This document shows, one piece after another, positions 1 to 9,607 of a stretch of 55,334 nt of DNA (positions are counted from its first letter, which is position 1; the number at the start of each line of letters is the position of its first letter). The notes below the pieces were generated by a model, which was not told the origin of the DNA, did no database searches, and worked only from the letters and a program-made list of their open reading frames with translations. The position numbers were made by a program, and so were the translations under genes. The stretch is from a virus (Duplodnaviria > Heunggongvirae > Uroviricota > Caudoviricetes): IMG/VR virus record IMGVR_UViG_2737471838_000004, positions 1 to 55,334 of that record; one strand, written 5' to 3'.

Positions 1-1446
1 ATGAGTATGTCATCCATACCGTCGTCCTCCCAATCCGGGAAGCTCTATGGCTGGGTCGAAAGAATTGGTAACAAGGTTCCCCATCCTTTTTTGCTCTTTA
101 TCTATTTGATAATCGTACTCATGGTGACGACGGCAATTTTGTCAGCCTTTGGCGTCAGTGCGAAAAACCCGACCGATGGTACGCCGGTGGTGGTGAAAAA
201 CCTGCTCAGTGTGGAAGGATTACACTGGTTTTTACCCAATGTGATTAAAAACTTTAGCGGTTTTGCTCCACTTGGAGCGATCCTGGCGCTGGTTTTAGGT
301 GCCGGCCTAGCGGAGCGCGTCGGCTTACTGCCAGCGCTAATGGTTAAAATGGCATCGCATGTTAATGCCCGCTACGCCAGTTATATGGTGCTGTTTATTG
401 CTTTTTTCAGCCACATTTCTTCCGATGCGGCGTTAGTGATCATGCCACCGATGGGTGCGCTGATTTTTCTGGCGGTGGGCAGGCATCCAGTTGCAGGTTT
501 ACTGGCTGCCATTGCAGGCGTAGGTTGCGGCTTTACGGCTAATTTACTGATTGTCACAACCGACGTGTTGCTGTCGGGGATCAGCACGGAAGCGGCGGCT
601 GCGTTCAATCCGCAAATGCACGTCAGTGTAATTGATAACTGGTATTTTATGGCCAGCTCCGTAGTCGTACTGACGATTGTTGGCGGCCTGATAACCGACA
701 AAATCATCGAGCCACGATTAGGTCAATGGCAGGGAAACAGCGATGAGAAACTGCAGACATTGACCGAAAGTCAGCGTTTTGGTTTACGCATAGCAGGTGT
801 CGTATCGCTACTTTTTATTGCTGCGATCGCGCTGATGGTGATCCCGGAAAACGGGATATTGCGCGATCCGATTAATCACACCGTGATGCCATCACCCTTT
901 ATTAAAGGTATCGTGCCACTGATCATTCTTTTTTTCTTTGTTGTCTCGCTGGCTTATGGCATCGCTACCCGCACAATTCGACGTCAGGCGGATTTACCGC
1001 ATTTAATGATTGAACCGATGAAAGAGATGGCGGGATTTATCGTGATGGTTTTTCCCCTCGCCCAATTTGTCGCCATGTTTAACTGGAGCAACATGGGGAA
1101 ATTCATCGCCGTGGGGCTGACCGATATACTTGAAAGTTCAGGGCTTAGCGGCATCCCGGCGTTTGTCGGTCTGGCGTTGCTTTCCTCTTTCTTATGCATG
1201 TTTATTGCCAGCGGTTCCGCAATCTGGTCGATTCTGGCCCCCATTTTCGTACCAATGTTTATGCTACTTGGCTTTCACCCGGCATTTGCGCAAATCCTCT
1301 TTCGTATTGCCGACTCATCCGTATTGCCTTTAGCGCCGGTATCTCCTTTTGTTCCACTGTTTCTTGGATTCCTGCAACGCTACAAACCAGACGCAAAACT
1401 GGGTACTTACTATTCGTTAGTCTTGCCCTATCCGCTTATCTTTTGA
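1..1446 (+). CDS. abgT: AbgT-family p-aminobenzoyl-glutamate transporter (host gene; 481-aa ORF ending at the prophage edge)
   Basis: ORF track 1..1446; N-terminus MSMSSIPSSSQSGKLYGWVERIGNKVPHPF and a multi-TM hydrophobic profile typical of the AbgT/YdaH family; lies outside the phage module. Confidence 0.8.
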   Translation: MSMSSIPSSSQSGKLYGWVERIGNKVPHPFLLFIYLIIVLMVTTAILSAFGVSAKNPTDGTPVVVKNLLSVEGLHWFLPNVIKNFSGFAPLGAILALVLGAGLAERVGLLPALMVKMASHVNARYASYMVLFIAFFSHISSDAALVIMPPMGALIFLAVGRHPVAGLLAAIAGVGCGFTANLLIVTTDVLLSGISTEAAAAFNPQMHVSVIDNWYFMASSVVVLTIVGGLITDKIIEPRLGQWQGNSDEKLQTLTESQRFGLRIAGVVSLLFIAAIALMVIPENGILRDPINHTVMPSPFIKGIVPLIILFFFVVSLAYGIATRTIRRQADLPHLMIEPMKEMAGFIVMVFPLAQFVAMFNWSNMGKFIAVGLTDILESSGLSGIPAFVGLALLSSFLCMFIASGSAIWSILAPIFVPMFMLLGFHPAFAQILFRIADSSVLPLAPVSPFVPLFLGFLQRYKPDAKLGTYYSLVLPYPLIF

Positions 1447-1534
1447 ATGGGTAGCATGTAGAAAAACTAATTTGTATTCAACGTCTTATGCTTTGTTTTT
1501 GTTTTTGATTTACCAATTTGGTCACTATTTGGTA

Positions 1535-1564
1535 CACAAAAAGAAACGAGGCGTTAGCCTCGTT
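1535..1564 (-). terminator. rho-independent terminator downstream of the tail-fibre gene
   Basis: perfect 8-bp stem AACGAGGC/GCCTCGTT with GTTA loop, followed on the minus strand by TTTCTTTTT; sits between stf stop and abgT stop. Confidence 0.5.
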
Positions 1565-1595
1565 TCGCGCGGCGATGTTCTTCGCACATCACCTC

Positions 1596-4091
1596 TTATT
1601 CTTCGCTTTCGGTCAACTGCCGGACAAGCTCTTCAAGTTTTGTGATCCGTTCATCCATAACGGCAATGTTAGCTCGTAGGCTGGCATTCTCCTCTTCCAG
1701 TTCGGTGACGCGCTTGTCTGTTTCGCGTGCCACCTGGACAAGTAAACCAGTCACCGCAGCGTAGTCAACATTGAGGTAACGCGTTTCCTCGCGTAGCTCG
1801 TTGCCGTCAGTGGTTGGGCCTTGTAACGCTTCACCGTAATGAGTAAACGATCCAACAGCCTCCGGTAGCGCCTCCATAACCTCCTGAGCGATAACGCCAG
1901 CGTAAGGCAGGCCGTTTTCCTTAAGGGTATAGGTGTACCCGTTCATTTTGCGGATTGCTTCAGTTGCATCACCTATAACCTGAATGTTGTCTTTCAGGTC
2001 GCGATCAGATGATTGGTTTACTGCTACGCACGTAACGTTTCCAGACGCTTTAATGTTTGTCACATCAAGTCTGTCGTTTGCGAAACTATATGCAATTGCG
2101 TTACTAACGCTTCCGGCATTATCATAATCGCGCTTCTGAATAAACCAGTTGCCAGCATTAGCAGCGAGAGTATAAGTAGGTGTGTTTGCAGGGCGATCTG
2201 TTTCATCAAATCTTATTGCAGGGGTAACACTATTTATTTGTAAAGGTTTTTCAATCGTTGATTTAAGTATCGCACTGTCAACAAGCAAATTACCTTCTGA
2301 GGTAAGATTTATGTATCTAGTAGTGCTATTTGAACCACCGCATGTAAACCTTATTGTTAGTCGACCTTGCTCATTTGGGTAGGTCTGAACATACATATCA
2401 CCAGCAAGGCGCACAGTGTTATCACTTGCTAACAGTCTAGTATGTAGCATCCCGCTACTAGTGTAGTTGCTAGTAGAATCACTAGTTTTGTCGAGAAACA
2501 TACTATCAAGCTGTGGACTGTTACTTCTACCCAATCCTAGATTAGTCCTGGCATTATCAAGGCTTGTCGTACCAGTGCCGCCTTGCGCTACGCTTAATGG
2601 AACCCATCCAGATCCGTTATGGCAACCCCACAATCCAGATGTTGACACCTGAAGGCGTGGCGCATCTGATAAATATTTCGAATAAACGTAAGTGGTGGAT
2701 TCGCCTTCTTCAACTCTTTCTGTTAATGCTATTTTTTTCCATGCGCTCCAACCTTGCTCGCCATAAGACCTTCTATAAATAATTGCCATATTGTTAAACA
2801 AATAATAGGTCTGTATGCACCCCTCAGAATCTCCTGCGCCAGTTTTTTGCACCAACAATGACCCTGCGATCCGTATAGGGTAATTTAATTCAGGTTTTGC
2901 GTTTGCTGATGATACTTGATGATAAAAGCCTGATGCGCTTCCTTTTAAGTCATCAAGATTCTGGCTATCGCTAAGGGTAGTTTTTGCATCATGCATAACC
3001 ATTAGGTTTTTTCTGGCTTCTGCTGCGTTTCCAGCACCAGTGCCGCCATACATAACGCCTAACTTAATCGCCCCGCCGTTTGAATAAGCACCCCACCCAG
3101 TGTTATTAACGAAGATATAATTTTTCTTTTCTCCGTCCCACAACTGAGTTTCTTTTGCAGTGTTACTAACCTGAAGCAAGCGATCTACTTCATCTTTTCT
3201 TGCGTGTCGTAACCATTGCGGGCCTGTTGATTCACTCCATTTATAAGTGTAAGCACTGCCAGTTATCTTACCTATAAAAAGGCCAGCAAATTCTGGTACG
3301 CCGCCCAAAGTAGGGCAAATAAAGCCAGATAAATAGCGCTCACCTGAAGCAATAGAAGGCCACCCGGTAGCAGCACCTTCCATGATGCGCAGAAAGCCAA
3401 TATAACCTGATGGGTTTCCTGAAATATCTGGGCAATCTCGAGGATTTGTGGAAAGACCTATGTTGGATCCGGTAATGGCCTGAGCCTGGTTGCGATAGTT
3501 TAGCGCATCGGCTGCTGCTTTTGCCGCATTCGTTTCGCTGGTGGCTGCCGCTGTTTTGCTGTTGCTGGATGCTGTTTCGCTGGCTTTTGCTGCATCCTGT
3601 GACGCTTTTGCCGCTGTGGCTGAGTTTGCTGCCGCCGTCTTTGATGCAGCCGCCGCGTTTTTGTCTGATTCTGTTTTTTGAGCGTTGGCGGTTGATTTCG
3701 CCGTTTCTGTGCGAATGTCGGCAAGAAGCTGCTTCATCTGACCATCACCGCCGAACTCATTCCACCATTCAACGGCAGCGGCAATCTCTGTTTCCTTGCC
3801 CTGGTAGTAACGCAGCGTTTCGGCTACGTCCTGAGCAAGCCCATCAACTGAGATCGAGTCAGATAGCAGAATACTAAATTTTGTTCCCGCAGGGATTGCA
3901 GGGTTAGCCGCTGGCGTCACTGACAATTCAGTACCGCTTTTAATTTCTGTAATGGTAAAGATCTGCACCGGATTGCCGATTGCAATAAGCGTGCACCCTA
4001 CACGGATGAGAGAAAGAGGCGCGGAAAAGTTTGTTCCCGTGCCTGTAACTGTGTTGCCATTGATGGCAATTGTTCCAGTTGTGTAAATCAT
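1596..4091 (-). CDS. stf: side tail fibre protein with C-terminal intramolecular-chaperone (peptidase S74-like) domain
   Basis: 831-aa ORF; lambda Stf-like N-terminus, long Ala/Ser/Thr-rich repeat region (AAKAS/TAAA), C-terminal DLKDNIQ...GYTYTLKENG...AQEV block typical of self-cleaving tail-fibre chaperone domains, ending in a coiled coil. Confidence 0.8.
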   Translation of the reverse strand: MIYTTGTIAINGNTVTGTGTNFSAPLSLIRVGCTLIAIGNPVQIFTITEIKSGTELSVTPAANPAIPAGTKFSILLSDSISVDGLAQDVAETLRYYQGKETEIAAAVEWWNEFGGDGQMKQLLADIRTETAKSTANAQKTESDKNAAAASKTAAANSATAAKASQDAAKASETASSNSKTAAATSETNAAKAAADALNYRNQAQAITGSNIGLSTNPRDCPDISGNPSGYIGFLRIMEGAATGWPSIASGERYLSGFICPTLGGVPEFAGLFIGKITGSAYTYKWSESTGPQWLRHARKDEVDRLLQVSNTAKETQLWDGEKKNYIFVNNTGWGAYSNGGAIKLGVMYGGTGAGNAAEARKNLMVMHDAKTTLSDSQNLDDLKGSASGFYHQVSSANAKPELNYPIRIAGSLLVQKTGAGDSEGCIQTYYLFNNMAIIYRRSYGEQGWSAWKKIALTERVEEGESTTYVYSKYLSDAPRLQVSTSGLWGCHNGSGWVPLSVAQGGTGTTSLDNARTNLGLGRSNSPQLDSMFLDKTSDSTSNYTSSGMLHTRLLASDNTVRLAGDMYVQTYPNEQGRLTIRFTCGGSNSTTRYINLTSEGNLLVDSAILKSTIEKPLQINSVTPAIRFDETDRPANTPTYTLAANAGNWFIQKRDYDNAGSVSNAIAYSFANDRLDVTNIKASGNVTCVAVNQSSDRDLKDNIQVIGDATEAIRKMNGYTYTLKENGLPYAGVIAQEVMEALPEAVGSFTHYGEALQGPTTDGNELREETRYLNVDYAAVTGLLVQVARETDKRVTELEEENASLRANIAVMDERITKLEELVRQLTESEE

Positions 4092-4267
4092 CGCAATGAC
4101 TCCATTATGTTAATTAACGGAATAATTCTACCATTTTGTGATCTATGTTGCATTTTATGCTTACACAAAATGTTTTGTTGATTTATATCAATATACAAAA
4201 TGTGGTTTTGTCGGATATTTAAGCCACCGGATAAACCGGATGAACCAACAAGAATGAGGATTCAAAA

Positions 4268-4516
4268 ATGAAAAACATGTTCAAAGTGGTATTATTCGCT
4301 GCGGCTGTTGCTCTTACTGGTTGCGCTGTTGACAAAGATGCTGCATTGCACAACCTGCCAAATAGCGGAGTGATTCCGCAAGAAATTGTCTATGATGCTA
4401 ATGGTCATCTTGTCTATGACACTGAAAAACTTCCGTATACTGGACAATGGTGTCATGAACTCGATCACAACATGCGCCGCATCGGTAGCCCGTCGAATTG
4501 TGTAGCTAACTACTAA
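4268..4516 (+). CDS. small secreted lipoprotein (moron, opposite strand to tail genes)
   Basis: 82 aa; signal peptide MKNMFKVVLFAAAVALTGC with lipobox LTGC; AGGA RBS; own terminator; located between J and stf. Confidence 0.6.
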   Translation: MKNMFKVVLFAAAVALTGCAVDKDAALHNLPNSGVIPQEIVYDANGHLVYDTEKLPYTGQWCHELDHNMRRIGSPSNCVANY

Positions 4517-4520
4517 AAGA

Positions 4521-4550
4521 AAACCCCGCGCGAAGCGGGGTTATTTTTTA
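4521..4550. terminator. bidirectional rho-independent terminator (ends lipoprotein gene on + and J on -)
   Basis: stem CCCCGC/GCGGGG with GCGAA loop, T-tract TTATTTTTT on +, A-run upstream giving T-tract on -; J stop codon lies in the T-tract. Confidence 0.6.
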
Positions 4551-7500
4551 TGACCAAGAACCAGAACTCCTTGTAACAAGCGCAAGTCCAGCCCTTCTTT
4601 CTGTACCTGTACTGGTGTTGGTGTATTCTTCTGTTATTGTTATGGTTACTTTTTGCGCCGTGATCCCTGTGACGCAATGTGATACCGTAAATCCAAATTG
4701 AGGCGTAGATGCCGCCCTCACGACTGAATATGTTTTACTATTTCCATTAATGTTTATTGTCACTTTTATGGTTGTTGACTGAGAATACTGATAGTAAGTC
4801 AGGTGATAAGGAATCATCACAAAAACGGTTTTAGAAAGCGAACTCGAAGACGAATCTGTATAAGTTTTAGTAACAGAACGCGATGCACTGTCCGACTGGT
4901 TAGGGAATGATGCTTGAGGTATAAAGTTAGTTGACGCGACATCGCCTACAAAACTTGTAGCCTCTAGCGACCCTTTAAATTTACCGCTATTTGCATACAC
5001 CGCCCCCCTTACCGTTACGTTGTTAAGCTCCGCGCTACCGTTTTTATTAATCATCCAGCCAGCCGAACCGGCTTTATAGTTGGTTGACTGTATTTGCTGT
5101 GCAATTTTAGCTGTAGTGATTGCTGCATCTGCAATTTTAGCCGTTCCTATTGATGCGTTTTTAATAAACGCTTCGCGCACATACATTGCACCATTTGTAA
5201 CATAGAAAGGTGTCGTATATGTGCCGTTTGCCGCCGTCATTAGCACAAAACGGTCAACAAGGAAAATGCATTGTGATTGTGTGCTACTTCCCGATCCGGT
5301 CATACCTAACGAAATCCCGGACGCATACTTCATGCCGTTATTGTCAGTAGCGATCTTAATGCTCCACGTTGCCGACATATCTGTTTCAATACCGGCAATT
5401 GCGGTTTTGTTTTCCTCGATTGATACCGATTGCCCGTCGATTGAGGCCGTGATACTTTCGATCTGCGTGGCGGTTGATTCCTTGTAAGATGTAAACGCTT
5501 CGCCCCACTCCGTGATCGATGCTTCGTTTGCTTCCAGTGATGCGCTAATCTCCGCAAACTGTGTAGCGTTGGCCTTTTCGTGGGTAGCAAGTGCCGTTTG
5601 CATTTCGGTAATGGCTGCCGACACATCATCATCGATTTGGGCTTGCAATTGCTCCAGTTTCTGCGCGGTCGCCTCCTTCTCTGTAGCAATAACTGAATCA
5701 ATGCGCTCAATTTCTGCTTTCGTTTCCGCTTTCTGGCTCTTATATTGCGCCGTTAACGATGTGCGGGTTCTGGCGTTAGCTAATGAGTTATTCATAAGCG
5801 CAATGGCTGCGTTTTGCAGGCTGGCGCGGGTCTGCATTAGCTCGTTTTCCTGCTCCGTCAATTCTACGCTGATTTCGTTAATCTGGCTTTCGTGCTCCCC
5901 AATTCCGTCCTCATTGTTTTTTATACGTTCTTCCAGATCGGCGGTTGATTCCTTCAGGTCGGTAATAGTCTGGTTCATTTCTTCCACGTCACCCATTAAA
6001 CCTCCTGTTACTTCGTCCATGGAGTCCTTGATCATGTTCTGGAATTGTTCGCTTTCCATAACTTCATTCAGCACGGCATCCGTGATTTCTTCGAAGTTTT
6101 CGGAAGGTTTACCGCTGGCTTCGATAAAGTCAGATACACCGAAAGCGTTTTTTGTGCGCACGTAAACGTAATACGTGTGCCCCGTTGCCATCCCGCCGAA
6201 GGTCCATTGATACCCGCGCCCGGTGAATTGCGCTGATGTGGTTACTTTGGATGGATCTGTGATCTGATTTTCCCCTGAGTAGTAGAACTCGTATGCTGTA
6301 TCAGTGGTTAGGGTTGTTTTGCTGATCGGGTACACCGTTGCCTGAAAAACACCAGGCACCCAATTAACGCCGACGGGGGCCGCTGGCGCACCAATAACCA
6401 GATCCACAATACTTTCTGCGCCCTTCATGCCAGTGTCATTACGACCGCGAATACCAAGCGTGTAGCTGCCTGCGTCGAGGCCATAAAATTCATAGCGGTA
6501 ATTCGTGGTTTCATAACTTGCCACCACGCGACCGTCTGCATTATATACGCGGATTTCAAAGGTAAGACGATGCGTTGTTGTCTGTGTTTCCCATGTTGCG
6601 CGGCATTGAACCGTTTCAGAACCAGCGTTTAACACTTTCAGATTTTCAATGTTAGGTACGCGGAAGTGATTAAGCGTGTCGTTGTTGATTTCGAAGACTG
6701 CGCCTTCATCAACTACGGCCTGTTTGTTAGGGTCGTGCTGTGCGGCTTCGATAGTGTATACGCTGTTATTTTCTGTTTCCGCTACGCTGGTGATCCTACA
6801 TAAAACGGGTTTTGCTGCTTCAGTCGATACAGCAAAAACAGTGCCATTGCGAATCCATGCCGGGGCCGCAGCAAGGGTAATATTGTTTCCGTTAATTCCG
6901 GTGATCTGGTGTTTTTTAAATTTACCATCGTTATCAAGTAATCTGATGGTGTCACCAGCCGCGATATATTCAGAATCAACCTTATCGACCGTTATCACTT
7001 TGCCATTGTTCGCCACGATACGACCGCCCAAACGAGCACCAGCGCGGTTATTGTCGAGGATCTCGATAATATCCCCAGGGGTGAAGTGAATGGCGTCACG
7101 GGCCATTTTAAACGTAAATTTCGACGGCTCGCGTTTTGCTGTTTCGATCAGCCATTTACCAGCGCGGTAAGCCTGTCCGCGAGAAGTACAGCCGAACGCC
7201 TCCAGCGTGGTTTCGTTGTAGCCGTCGCGGGCGATCAGTTCATCGTCAGAGACATACTCTTTTGACTGTTCCCAACCGTTACCCGGATCAGTCCAGGATA
7301 CAATCACGGCGTTGTAGCACTCAGCGCGGGCAAGGCTCGAACGGGTGAATACACCATCTACGACATTTGCGTTCGTGATAGTTGCAATCGGATCTTGTGG
7401 CGCATCAATCATCACTGTAAGACGTTGCCCATCCCATAACGCAATACCACGGAACATGCCAGCTATATTATCAAGTAAGTCGCGGGCGCTCATTTGCTCT

Positions 7501-8504
7501 GTGATGTAAGCGTTAAGCGTCATGCGAGGCTCTTTCCCACCGTAGCCATCATCAACCAACTGATCGCAATATTGTGAAAGCGTGTATAAAGCGCCATCGT
7601 CAACATCAATATAACCAGCCTGTCGAGCAAGGCCGAAACGGTCGTTTTTGATCAGGTAGCGGAACAACCACGCGGGGTTATTGGTGTACGCCTTTTTAAA
7701 GCCACCCAGCCATAAACCGGAATAAGTGCGCTTTTCCGGGTCGTAGTTATCAGGAATATCAACAATCAGTCCGCGAAGGTGATAGGTGCGGGTGGGCGTG
7801 TCAGTGTACTGATCATGATCAATCACCACTCCAGCTACAGCGGTGTGAGGATAAGACAAATTATCGTCGATGATTTCGCTGTAACTGCTCCACCGTGTAT
7901 CATTGCTAAGTAGATCGCTGTTGCTGTCTGCCGTTACTCGGCGAACGCGAATATCAAACGGCTTTTCATCCGGCGCGTTGATAATGTGAGCTTCCAAGTA
8001 TTCACCGCTCTGTTTACCAGGCCCGATGGTAATATCCTTAACCAGCGTCCACGTAGATGATGATGATGGCTTAACATCAACCATTAACATAACTGACGTG
8101 TTGTATTGATTGCCCATATCATCTGACTGAACGAGAGCGTCAACGCCAACATTTAATCTGACGCGGGTCACGTTCGGATCTGATACCGTCCTGACCAGTG
8201 GGGTGTCATGCGTTACTTTTGCGTTGACAATAACGGTTGATTCAATGGCGTTGAAGCCGTTGATTGGTGATTGATCAGCCGTACCATTACGCCATGCCAC
8301 GCTAACACCAGGGACTGATGTGTTTCCGCTTGCGTCAGTGATGGGAGTGTCATTAAGCATCACGCTGTTTAATGGAGCGGTTTGATTGACGCAGCCAAAA
8401 ATTGGACCTTCACTTAGAATATCCAGAACCCGATAAAATTGTTTGTGATACAAATTATCATTAATCAAGGTAGGTGTTTTCGCCTTACCGCCACCACTAG
8501 ACAT
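4548..8504 (-). CDS. J: host specificity / central tail fibre protein J
   Basis: ORF 4548..8543; start moved to the internal ATG (MSSGGGKAKTP) preceded by GGAGG; lambda gpJ-like N-terminal and central regions plus a long coiled-coil segment and divergent C-terminal domain. Confidence 0.85.
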   Translation of the reverse strand: MSSGGGKAKTPTLINDNLYHKQFYRVLDILSEGPIFGCVNQTAPLNSVMLNDTPITDASGNTSVPGVSVAWRNGTADQSPINGFNAIESTVIVNAKVTHDTPLVRTVSDPNVTRVRLNVGVDALVQSDDMGNQYNTSVMLMVDVKPSSSSTWTLVKDITIGPGKQSGEYLEAHIINAPDEKPFDIRVRRVTADSNSDLLSNDTRWSSYSEIIDDNLSYPHTAVAGVVIDHDQYTDTPTRTYHLRGLIVDIPDNYDPEKRTYSGLWLGGFKKAYTNNPAWLFRYLIKNDRFGLARQAGYIDVDDGALYTLSQYCDQLVDDGYGGKEPRMTLNAYITEQMSARDLLDNIAGMFRGIALWDGQRLTVMIDAPQDPIATITNANVVDGVFTRSSLARAECYNAVIVSWTDPGNGWEQSKEYVSDDELIARDGYNETTLEAFGCTSRGQAYRAGKWLIETAKREPSKFTFKMARDAIHFTPGDIIEILDNNRAGARLGGRIVANNGKVITVDKVDSEYIAAGDTIRLLDNDGKFKKHQITGINGNNITLAAAPAWIRNGTVFAVSTEAAKPVLCRITSVAETENNSVYTIEAAQHDPNKQAVVDEGAVFEINNDTLNHFRVPNIENLKVLNAGSETVQCRATWETQTTTHRLTFEIRVYNADGRVVASYETTNYRYEFYGLDAGSYTLGIRGRNDTGMKGAESIVDLVIGAPAAPVGVNWVPGVFQATVYPISKTTLTTDTAYEFYYSGENQITDPSKVTTSAQFTGRGYQWTFGGMATGHTYYVYVRTKNAFGVSDFIEASGKPSENFEEITDAVLNEVMESEQFQNMIKDSMDEVTGGLMGDVEEMNQTITDLKESTADLEERIKNNEDGIGEHESQINEISVELTEQENELMQTRASLQNAAIALMNNSLANARTRTSLTAQYKSQKAETKAEIERIDSVIATEKEATAQKLEQLQAQIDDDVSAAITEMQTALATHEKANATQFAEISASLEANEASITEWGEAFTSYKESTATQIESITASIDGQSVSIEENKTAIAGIETDMSATWSIKIATDNNGMKYASGISLGMTGSGSSTQSQCIFLVDRFVLMTAANGTYTTPFYVTNGAMYVREAFIKNASIGTAKIADAAITTAKIAQQIQSTNYKAGSAGWMINKNGSAELNNVTVRGAVYANSGKFKGSLEATSFVGDVASTNFIPQASFPNQSDSASRSVTKTYTDSSSSSLSKTVFVMIPYHLTYYQYSQSTTIKVTININGNSKTYSVVRAASTPQFGFTVSHCVTGITAQKVTITITEEYTNTSTGTERRAGLALVTRSSGSWS

Positions 8505-9063
8505 ATAGACCTCCAGTTTCGTGTAATTTCGTGTAACCGGCACCAGCTTTGTTTAGCTCTTCAATCATAAACGACCGCCACGCAACGGCGGCGTTAATCG
8601 CCATCTCGAGACCGCCCCACGACATAACGCTAAATGATTTGCTAATTCTTTTAGCGTTATCAGTGGTAATGCGTGCTCTAATAGATCTACCTTCTGCGTG
8701 CCAACACACTCCAAAAGGCAAGCCGTTAAACCTTATTGAACGACCTACAGTCATGTTTCTGGCGTTGCCTTTTTTATCTGTTACGCGTATGTTGTTGAAT
8801 TTATTGTTAAGCCCATTACCATCAATGTGATCTATGATTTCACCGCGTTTTAATTTTCTGCCGCTGCATAATTCGAAAACAATCCGGTGTGCATAATAGC
8901 GGCGGCCCTTCCATGTAATTTTCCAATACTTATTGCCGCTTTTTGCTGCTACTATTTTCCCCGCTGCGTCGCCCGCCCGTGCCGTTCTGCTGTTAGCGGT
9001 GACCTTCCACCTTAAACATGAAGGCGAATCCTCATCATAAACAAACAATTCAGACCAGTTCAC
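8497..9063 (-). CDS. HNH homing-endonuclease-like protein (HNH + AP2-like domain) inserted between tail genes I and J
   Basis: 188 aa; YAHRIVFE...GEIIDHIDGNGLNN...NIR motif pattern of HNH_3/AP2 endonucleases; paralogous to three other ORFs in the window. Confidence 0.7.
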   Translation of the reverse strand: MNWSELFVYDEDSPSCLRWKVTANSRTARAGDAAGKIVAAKSGNKYWKITWKGRRYYAHRIVFELCSGRKLKRGEIIDHIDGNGLNNKFNNIRVTDKKGNARNMTVGRSIRFNGLPFGVCWHAEGRSIRARITTDNAKRISKSFSVMSWGGLEMAINAAVAWRSFMIEELNKAGAGYTKLHETGGLYV

Positions 9064-9076
9064 TTTAACCCTCCTG

Positions 9077-9607
9077 TTAACTTACAACGTCTAGGGCGTC
9101 TTTATTATTGGTTGTGTCAATACCCAAGGAACCAACATTCGAACCTATTTTCATTTCACCCAACAGGATCGGCACTGGTCTACCCTGGCCAACCTTGTTT
9201 TCAACGCTGGTGTATGTGTTGTTAGATATGGTGTTATCTTGTGCGCTTTCTGCTGATGTTTTTATCTTCATATTGCGTGACATGAAGATCGAGAACGCAA
9301 CGCTGACAACCGAAACACCGATCAAAATCCAGCCTACAACGCCAATCCCTGCAATACCGCCTTCCACCACTGGCGCAACAATGACGGTAGTTCCGTCCGG
9401 GTATTTACTGTTAACCGCTGCGGGCGCGGTCTTTTCGTTATAATCTTTTCCGGCAATCCTCAGGCGCAATGGGGTACTTAAAAACGCCTTTTTGAACTCA
9501 TGATTCTGCGCAACCAGTAAGTTAAGCCCTTGCGCTGGCGTATCAACGCTTAAACACACCTTGCCGTAATATCTTCGAAGATTGCCCGTAAATCTAAATT
9601 TGAGCAT
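9077..9607 (-). CDS. I: tail assembly protein I
   Basis: 176 aa; position after K; hydrophobic central segment and C-terminal LLGEMKIGSNV similar to lambda gpI (LYGEMRVGSRV). Confidence 0.7.
   Translation of the reverse strand: MLKFRFTGNLRRYYGKVCLSVDTPAQGLNLLVAQNHEFKKAFLSTPLRLRIAGKDYNEKTAPAAVNSKYPDGTTVIVAPVVEGGIAGIGVVGWILIGVSVVSVAFSIFMSRNMKIKTSAESAQDNTISNNTYTSVENKVGQGRPVPILLGEMKIGSNVGSLGIDTTNNKDALDVVS

Noticed and set aside
381-1454. Short ORFs inside or antisense to abgT (381..707, 984..1244, 1130..1333, 1194..1454)
   Set aside because: Embedded in the well-supported transporter gene; alternative-frame artefacts.
3500-3720. Repetitive GCTGC/TTTGC-rich DNA in the tail-fibre gene as a possible non-coding repeat
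   Set aside because: It encodes the Ala/Ser/Thr-rich low-complexity segment of Stf (AAKASQDAAKASETASS...), a common coding feature of side tail fibres.
5512-6165. 217-aa plus-strand ORF (and similar ones at 5221..5487, 6676..7089, 14196..14720, 14474..14866, 14925..15305, 15342..15734) inside J and tape-measure genes
   Set aside because: Antisense to long, well-supported structural genes; low-complexity Ser/Ala/Cys-rich translations typical of reverse-frame artefacts; no RBS context.
8504-8543. J start at 8543 (1331-aa version)
   Set aside because: Internal ATG at 8504 has a GGAGG RBS and gives a typical gpJ N-terminus; the upstream 13 codons overlap the HNH gene.
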